Shown piece by piece: positions 55,672-64,000 of a stretch of 64,000 nt of DNA. The DNA is from Takakia lepidozioides (taxonomy: Eukaryota > Plantae > Bryophyta), in contig CM060734.1 in NCBI GenBank assembly GCA_030704615.1, positions 2,232,001 to 2,296,000 on the forward strand, written 5' to 3'. The stretch's first letter is position 1, and the number at the start of each line of letters is the position of its first letter. The notes under the pieces were generated by a model, which saw only the letters and a program-made list of their open reading frames with translations, ran no database searches and was not told the origin of the DNA. The position numbers and the translations under genes are program-made.

Positions 55672-57262
55672 GCGTGCCTCAAAAGACAAGTAAAAATGAT
55701 GGGCTTCCACATGATCGGTGACCATGCTGCAGCTTCATGATTGCCATGGCGTTAGTAATTTCAATGAATACTGATCCAAACACCCTCATGTAAGAGCTTC
55801 TAATCTTCATGTGCATGGGGTTCCTGAATCTCCACCTGATGGAGTAAGATCATGAATAAACAGTAAAGTATTGCATAGAAACAAATCAGGACGAGAACAC
55901 ATATTGTTAGTCCGTCCATAACAATTTGGAGAAGTCCCGACTATTCACTTACCTCCCGGCAGACGCACCATTCATATGACGAGCCCTGAGCGCGCGCGGT
56001 CAGGGTGACGGCATAGTAGTCTAGGGGGGCCGAGGTAAGTTGCGGTGTAGGTTGGGCTCACTGATCTGCCTACACGACTGCGGTTAGTGCAGGGGGTCCG
56101 TGGTGGTACATGGTGGCTATGATCACTATCTAAGTCCTACCGGCAAAGAGAAATCACGTACTCTTCTTCATAGGGCGAGTTTGCGTTTCTAAATCTTACG
56201 GTATCCTACAATCTACTCAGTAACTGCCTTCCAAGTCTTTGTGTTTTATTGTCTAATTCCTACCGCCTAGGCCCCCGAGCCGCCTATAGCCGAGACATGT
56301 TTTAATCCCTTCACAAGGCACCTGTTGAGCCTAGGGAGAAGAGGGAAAATCGTCCTCTCCCAATGCCCCTCCTTCGCCGAGGGCTTGAGTTCAAGTCACC
56401 TCTAAATGGAAGGGCCAACGCTTCCTACCCCAGAGCCTAAATACTTTGTGTTAGGAAAGGAGTGGCCAAAATGCCTATCGTCATCCAATAGGTTCACTCA
56501 ATTCAATAAGGTGGTTCTAAGCCCTTCAACTTAATGGAAAATATTCATTAAACTATTGTTTCTTTGGAGGATCTATAATATACTATTCCACATGGATGAA
56601 AAGTCTTAGAGGCAAATGAAAGCTGTCTTTTCATCCATCCAATTGGATGAGCAGTTGGCGTGAGTTGTCATTTCATCCATCCAGCTCCTCAAGGCGAATT
56701 CCAGGATTTTTCATCCATCCAAGAAGTAGAAATGCAAATAATAGGCATTGTGAGTGCCGTCGACTCAATAATTTGGCCCCGCTGCTAATCAGCTCCATAA
56801 ATCACCAAACTTGGTGACAAACTACAATTATATACCCCGTATCAGCTTGTAAATTCTCAGCTCCATCGGTGGTAAACATTTGCGCTTCTCGCCATTCGTC
56901 GTATTTTCGCTACACACATATTTTGTGGTATATTTGGAAATCAAATCCCTAGTGATGGCTCTGGGGTCTTTGACCCTGCCACTGAGTCATAGGTTGTCCG
57001 GAGTCCCCTCCAGTTGTCCCGCACCGCTAACAAGTCCACGCTTTGCTGTTTGAAGTCGTCCTGACCTGCTGTCATTCGGATGCGGCCAATTGCTTTGTTG
57101 CGATATTTCATCGCTATACATGTCGCTTCCACCAATTGCCAAGCTCCTCGCCGTGTGTTCCTACTGGACTTGAAAGGCGGGAGAAAATAGAGATCGCAAT
57201 CTGGGACTGGAACAGTTGTCCTGGAACAGTTGTCCTGTAACTCGCCGTTTCTGGTACCGAAT

Positions 57263-58239
57263 TGGCAGCTGTCGAGCGGCTTTTACTCACCCATCCCTTC
57301 GTTATCCGAGGTGGAAACCCCAAGATAGAAGAGTTGGATATCTCTAAGCACTCGGCCCGCTCAGAACAATCAGTCATGACCTACAGCTAGTGTATCATGG
57401 TTGTGCTTCCTGTTTGTATTTCTTCTTACCTTCATGTTAACAATTTACCTCACTGTGTATACTTAAGCATTAGATTGCTTCAGTATCTATCAGGTTCCAT
57501 TCACGCATCCATTCATTCCACAGCTTCACTCAAGTCTCTCTACACAGTGTGATTGTATCGAATAAGTATCAGATTGAGACTTATCATATATCAGGCCAAA
57601 GCCATGGTGTCCCTAGCCTGCTCTATGGTATATCACTACAGCTTTGCATGTATTAAGCATCTACTGATCATCTCTTCTCCTTCACCGTGCTCTCCATCCT
57701 TGCTCCCGTTCCCGCTCTCCGCCTGATCTCCTCTCGTGAATCACCAAGAAGTCCTCTCCGTCCGTCCTCTCCATGTTGCTACTCTGCCTAATCTACCTGC
57801 AAGCTGTTCTAACCGCCTAACTAACTAACTGTCACCCAAGAAGTAAGCACGTTCCTTCTGCAGATGTCGTTCCCACACAGTTATTTCCTACCAGTGATAA
57901 CCGTTCCCTATGTACGCTGTGATGGCTGTGCCAAGCTGTATCGGGCTGTGATGGCTGTGTCAGACTGTGTCGGCTGTGACTGGCTGTGTAAAGCTGTGTC
58001 AGGCTGTGTTTGGTTGTACGAAGCTGTGTCGAGCTGTGATAGACTGTGACTAACTGTGTACGGTTGTGTACGGCTGTGTCGGGCTGTGTAAGAATGTATA
58101 TGGCTGTGATTGACTGTGCAACCTTGTGTACCACCCCCCTAAGCTTGTGTTCTAAGTCTACCAACGTAAATGTGCGCAAAAATTAAGGGTACCCTACAGA
58201 ACCCGTAAAACTGTCTAAGTCCCAAACAGCCCTCTAACA
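57263..58239 (-). repeat. Putative LTR with a PPT on one side and a PBS-like sequence on the other
   Basis: Minus strand reads GAGAGGGGGAGGGA-TAA-TGTTAGAG at 58256-58232. The candidate end ...CTGCCA is followed by TCGGTACCAGAAACGGCG. The left boundary is uncertain. Confidence 0.5.
57917..58130. repeat. 10-bp-period GGCTGTGT-type minisatellite inside the putative LTR
   Basis: About 20 degenerate units such as GGCTGTGTCA, AGCTGTGTCG and GGTTGTGTAC. Confidence 0.85.
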
Positions 58240-58436
58240 TTATCCCTCCCCCTCTCAAAAAGCCGTATCCTCACGGTTTACTGTTTAGGATCAGCAAACC
58301 TTTGTGAACGAGCACCCTTCTGTCGGTGAGAGTCCTTTGGAGGGCTCTGTGTGCGAGCCCAAGCCCTGTCACTAGCTGATGGAGATAAGTGTCGACTAGC
58401 TGGAACTGCCAACCCTGCGTTAGTTTGAGAAGGAGG

Positions 58437-61400
58437 TCAATGTTGTGGTATAGGAGATCCCTGTCGTCTTTTGTCCGCCATGGCTAATTCATATTCCTCA
58501 GCCATGTCAAAATTGCCCTCCACTGAACCAGTAGTATCAGAATCATCTTCCCCCCTGAGGTGTTTCGGTGGCCGAACCTTAAGTGGCTTCTCAGGAATCC
58601 TGCGTGGCATACAGTGTTGGCCCACCATGTCTGGAAGCTTAAACTGTACTACTTGCATTAATCTCTTGCAAGCGAAATGAGTGTACTCCCTGAATTCCTT
58701 GTCTGTATAGGTGAGAGGTGTGCCAATGACTTTGGAACAGTGTAAGTATTTCCAGGCTTCATGTCCCTTATAAAAAATATCATCAGGGCCCAATTTTTCT
58801 TTGGTCAAGTTGGTCCAAGCCAAATTAAACCATGAACGAAGTTGGGAATCCTTCTGCAACATGACTTTTGCATCATATAGATACATATGAGGTGGAACTG
58901 AGGGTAAGACCCAATGATCCCCAGTAGAATAACTCAAAAATCTTGACTGCATCTTCTGCTGCTCAATGTGATAACGTGCAATGAAACAAGCAACATAGTA
59001 TAATCCACAGCCCATGACCGTTAGATACCTCCTTGGTCTTGGTGTAGATGTACCCATGAACAACCTGGAAGGCAATTAATTCCTTCAGCATGGTGCCTGC
59101 CTCAGACCAGTACCTTGCGAAATGATGATCCTCAATGGGTCGATTGTTCGGAAGAACCTTAGTCCGAGTTGCCACTGGCAACCAAATGCGCATGATCTGG
59201 TAATAATGTGCCAAAGACTGTGGAGAACTGAATTCCTTCCAAGCCAAATCCATCACAATGGGAATTTGGTTGAAGGGCATTATCATAGCCCGATTGTACT
59301 CAAGTGCAGCAGGAGTCCTAGGTGGGTTAAAAGCAGCATCCCCCCAAACCTCAGATTGTTGCATTGCCATAGTACCAACAGTGTCAGTCACCTACACAGC
59401 CACCTGCTGTGGGGGCTGTGATATTGCCACCACTGACCCTCCTATTGTTGGCAACTCCTGCACCTCCTGTGATGAAGACTGAAAAATCAGAGTCCTGGCA
59501 TGCAAATAAGTAGCCACCAGCTCTTTCTCAGGAACAAAAACTCTTTTATCAATGTTGGAGCTCAAGTCATCGACCTGAGTCTGCAGCCCTTCCACATCAT
59601 CATGTAATTCAACTATTCTACTATAGACAATGTCTATAGTGGTTGTGGCAATGTTCTGCATCTGCAACCTGAGATCATTCATCTCCCCCTGGGTGAACTT
59701 TCTTGGTGCCTTCCCTTCCACCGGCCCTTGTGTTAACCATACTTGCATAAGCTGATTATCCACCAAGTCCTGTGTAGCACCCCTGAGAGCCTGCTCATCC
59801 TTGAGTCTGTACATATCTAACTGCTGCTGTAAAGCCTCCATGCGCTTCGCATGAGGTTCAACCAGGGCTGCATAGGCAACAATCAGATTATTGGCTTCTT
59901 TCCAAGCCTTGTTAGCCACAGAGAGTTCATTCTTTTGGCCCGTGAGTGTTTGCTGCAACTCCAGGATGTACCTTTCCTTCTCAGCCTCAATCCGACTGTA
60001 TTATTGGAAGGTATCCTCATTGCGACAAATAATAGCTTTCAAATCAGCAATGAGTTTCCCTTGCTCCACTGTCTCAGCCTCCACCATCATACACCTCTCG
60101 GCTTGTCTGTTAACTTCTGATGTAGTTTGCTGCAGAGCAGTTGTTAGTGTGGCACATTGGATGGTCATATTCTGATGAACTGCCTCCAACTTTGTATGAA
60201 GCACCTTCACTTCCTGCAATTTTCCCTCATGCTTCACGTGCAACTGGTATAGCTGTTGCTTATGTAATTCATGCAACTTCTCCTGCTCCAGACCCGCTTC
60301 AATCATATTCCCCTTTGTTAGCTGCAGGGCAGCCTTCGTGTCCTCCAACTCTTTCTACAACTTGAGGTTGGCCTCCACATCCACTCAGTGGCAATTCTAG
60401 CCTCAGACTCCTGCTTGAGTTCCTCCCTCAAAGCTGCCAATTGCGTGGAAGGAACATGGGATTTCACATAAGTGCCCAACAGGTTGAGAGTCCTACTGAT
60501 GGAACTCATAAGCATGGCCTGCTGTGGGTCTTCATGAGGAACTTGTTGGTGGTCCCCCCTGACTCTCCACAGTGTGATGTTTCACTAACCATTCAGGCCA
60601 TGATCCCACAAGATCCGCTTCCTGAACGACCTCATGCTCCACAAGTGCTGTAGTGCCCTTAAATTCTACACCTGGAACCTCCTCCACAGGTTCGGGCATC
60701 ACATGCACAGCAGGGATTCCCTTGGTCAAGCTCTGCATCTTTGGTACTACTGGTTCCCTGACCAAGCCAAAGTTTTCATAAAGAAGGTCACCCTTCTCAA
60801 TTTCTGCCACTACCTGCTCTGTAGTGGGGATGTCCAACCCTTCTCCTTCCACAGCAATAGGCTCAAGTGTAACACCATGTACTAACTGAGTGACCCCCGG
60901 AACAACTGAGTCAACTGGTTGTGGTGGCTGTGGTACTGAGGTAACTTCTTCCTCCCTCTCCAAAGGCCGTGCTTCCAGCAATAACAGCCCCCTGTGCTGC
61001 TGCTCCTCATCCTGCACAAGCGCTATGGAAACATCATCTTGTGGTTTCCTTGTAGCTAGTGGATCTACCACTATGGTCATATCCCGCTTCTGCCTCTTGG
61101 ACTGGTGCTGCCCCTCCAATCCCCCTTCACCATGTGAAGAGCCCTGCTCCTCAATTGCAGTGGTTGCTGTCTCAAACACTCCCATCTCCTTGCGTTCACG
61201 CGCATCAAGCAAACAAGAGTCAAGAATAATTTGAGCAATTATTGGGCCAGACACAATGATCGGAGACTTAGCAGCAATGCCTTGTAACCACTTTATCTCT
61301 TCCACCAGACCATTGTACATCAACTCTGCCCAAGCTACATCCTCTCCCCTCAAGGCTTTCAGTATCTCCTCCGTGAATGATCTGCTAAGGTACTATTGGT

Positions 61401-62172
61401 TCTGCTTCATGGCAAACAGAACGTTTAGTATTTGGCCAACTTCCCTTAACCCTGGGTACTCGGCCTTGGTGTAGGTGTATCCTTGAGTCTTAAAGAAACT
61501 CGCTTCTTGGAACAAATTCCCTATTTGCAATCTTTCCCTGTGTTCATCCACAGTCACATGCCCAGATGGCAATTCAAACAGTTGCTGCAAGTACTGGGGA
61601 GTAATATCTATATCTACTCCCCTCACCCGTGTAACTCCTGTCTGGGGCTCAAAGTTTTGAATGAATTGAATCATGTACTTCCGATGATGCAAGGACCATT
61701 CCTTGCGTAACAGCCCTTCCAATCGCAACTCCTTCAGCAGCTGCACTGCCTGTGGTGTAGCAATTATTTGCTTCTACAGAATCGTGGTGCTCTTCACCCT
61801 GATATCCTCCATTCCCCGAATTCTCTTCATCCCAGACAAACATGAAGGCCTTGTTTGGAATAGCTGTAGGAAAGCTTGCAGGGCATAGAGCATAAAGGTA
61901 TGATTGGCACAAAAAGGAACGGGTAAGTGCGTGTAAGCCTGTGGGGTTTGCAGATAGTGGGTGAGAGAGAATGTCCTTTCAACCCGTCCGTCCTTGCGCC
62001 ACTGCATGAGAAGTAAAGCTAGCGTGTAGTCTGTAATATCTGCCATAGCTACAAAGCTATAGCTTTGATTGCCCCTCCCGTCGAGACGCTGGTTATTCGG
62101 AGCCACCCCGAGTCTTCCGCTCATAACTCTTCTAATTTCTTGTTTTTGTTTCTTGGAGGGAACCACCTGCAT
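58437..62172 (-). pseudogene. Large extra ORF (~1240 codons, decayed) between integrase and PPT
   Basis: Successive minus-strand ORFs are separated by single stops or frameshifts. They contain IQFIQNF....GVTRVRGVDIDITPQYLQQLFELP...GEDVAWAELMY (plant TE accessory domain), an acidic linker, a long coiled coil and an aromatic-rich C-terminal domain. Confidence 0.7.
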
Positions 62173-62196
62173 GAAATTCTCCCTCCTAATTGGCTA

Positions 62197-64000
62197 CTAC
62201 CTCCTCGGGTAACTTCTAAATTCTACCCCCATCAGTGGACATTCCCACCTGGAATGTCCACTAGGACAGCACATATAGCAAAGGTCCCCCTTTACTGTAC
62301 GTGTAATGGGTTCCGTTACCTGTTTCCTGGATGCATTAATGGGCCCGCAATTAATTTCGGTTGCTGTACTGGGTAGGTACTTCGACGGCCTAGTTTGTCT
62401 TTTTGCATGATGACACCCGCTATTGCAGTTCATGCAATGCGGAGCGCTTTGCCCCTTAGGCCACGTGTTCAAATTCAAACACTCTTCCGTCGCCCTCTGT
62501 CCGCGTGGTTTTTTCTCCGAGTTTGACTCCCAAGCTGACCTTACACTTACCGGCCACTTTTCTGACGTTAACCCGTGTCCACCTGTCACTGATCCTATGG
62601 ACTGTGCAACCCGCGTGGGCTGTGTTGGGCTGGGACAGACTGTGGCAAACTGTGGTGGGTTGTGATAGGCTGTGTGATGCTGTGATGGGCTGTGATAGGC
62701 TGTGTCACACTGTGGTGGGCTGTGATGACTGTGTGAACACCCGTGTTCTACGCTCAGGCCATACACATTTAGCTTTACGACAAGTGTCTCATGCTCCGTT
62801 GGTATTACCGGTGTAGTCCGTGACTGCTTCTGTGTTTCAATATGCAAATCATGCTGCAATGGTTTATCATAGATACCACTGTATCCCTTCAACTTATTGG
62901 CATTAACTCTTCCAAGCATCTCTTTGTTAATGGTTTGTAACATGGCTGTGTTGTTATCATACATCTTCTGTATGACATAAGGTCCTTTCCATGGTGACTT
63001 AAGCTTAGAAGCTTTAATCTTTCCCTTCTTCTGCAACCACAGAACCAAATCACCTGTCTTAAAAGTTTTCAATTTACCTTCATCAAATTGATCATTCCTC
63101 TTCATCTGAATTCTAGTCATGTTATTTGCTGCATCAGCACGTACTTCTTCCACATGGTATAATTCATGTTTCCTGACTTTAATTGAATCCTCCAATTCCA
63201 TTCTCCTTCCCCATTCAGTTCTCATGGTAGGTAACAAGAATTTCACTGGAAGTAAAGCTTAATTTGAATGGTGTATACTTAGTGGTGACTTTATATGAAG
63301 TCATGTATGACCACAGAGCTGTCAGCAGCTTTGTATCCCAATCCGTTCTGTTTGCGTTGATTATCTTAGCCAAAATAGTGCATAGTATTTTGTTGGTGGC
63401 CTCTGCCTGCCCATTACCCTGTGGGTAATAGGTTGTACTCTTCCTGTGCACAATCATGAACTCTTTAGTCAATAATTCTATGGTCTCAATAATGAAGTGA
63501 CTTCCCTGGTCACTGATAAATTCCAGAGGACGGCCAAATCTTGTAAGTATGTTCTCATACAGGAACCTTGCTGTAGACTTAGCTGTGTTGTCCCTCAGAG
63601 CCTTGGCTTCCACCCATTTTGTAGTATAATCAGTGGCTGTGATTATATACTTGTTATGTGTATTTCTGGCTAGTGGGTTTATTGGTCCAACAAAGTCTAG
63701 TCCCCATTTCTGAAATGGTTCAGTAGGCATCGTCAGATGCAAAGCCATCTTTCCAGATCTTTGCGAAGGTCCTAGCCTCTGACACTCATCACAACTTTTG
63801 CAATACTTGTGCACATCTTTGAACAGAGTAGGCCACCAGTAACCTGCAAGTAGTATTTTTCTGCTGGTAGTATCCTCTCCAAAATGTCCTCTAGCCACTC
63901 CTTTATGAACTTCTTCCAAAACTTTTATTTACTTCATGGTGGTACAAGCATCATTTAAGAACTCCATCAGGTCCTAGCTTATACAATCTGCCACCTATCA
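62197..64000 (-). pseudogene. Ty3/gypsy integrase (non-chromovirus), continuing beyond the window
   Basis: HKGVARGHF...CKSCDECQ, PFQKWGLDFVGP, WVEAKAL, SDQGSHF, STTYYPQGNGQAE, and GPY module KLKSPWKGPY. Confidence 0.92.

Overview
Eukaryotic land-plant genomic DNA with GT-AG introns; a non-seed plant such as a bryophyte is plausible but not provable here. Only two host genes are supportable: the 3' part of a spliced CDC48/p97 AAA-ATPase (195-4113, +) and a small ARGOS/OSR-like membrane protein gene (~9992-10282, +), which lies downstream of a 2-kb foldback element with ~550-bp inverted arms. From ~10.7 kb onward the window is a nest of decayed transposons. These include a structurally complete Ty3/gypsy chromovirus (12028-18956, TSD TTCCT), a scrambled second copy of that family, non-chromovirus gypsy pieces with extra 5' and 3' ORFs, a CACTA transposase, an L1 LINE, a MITE and an isolated LTR. 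The most unusual signal is four fragments (21.0-22.6 kb, 23.5-23.8 kb, 25.6-26.3 kb, 49.8-50.9 kb) that together rebuild the 3' half of a Dualen/RandI-like non-LTR retrotransposon. The inferred order is chromodomain, PCIF1/Dam-like N6-adenine methyltransferase-like domain (catalytic NPPF replaced by HLPL), RNase H, CCHC knuckle, restriction-like endonuclease, then a strongly structured 3' UTR. All assignments are by eye from motifs; no searches were run.
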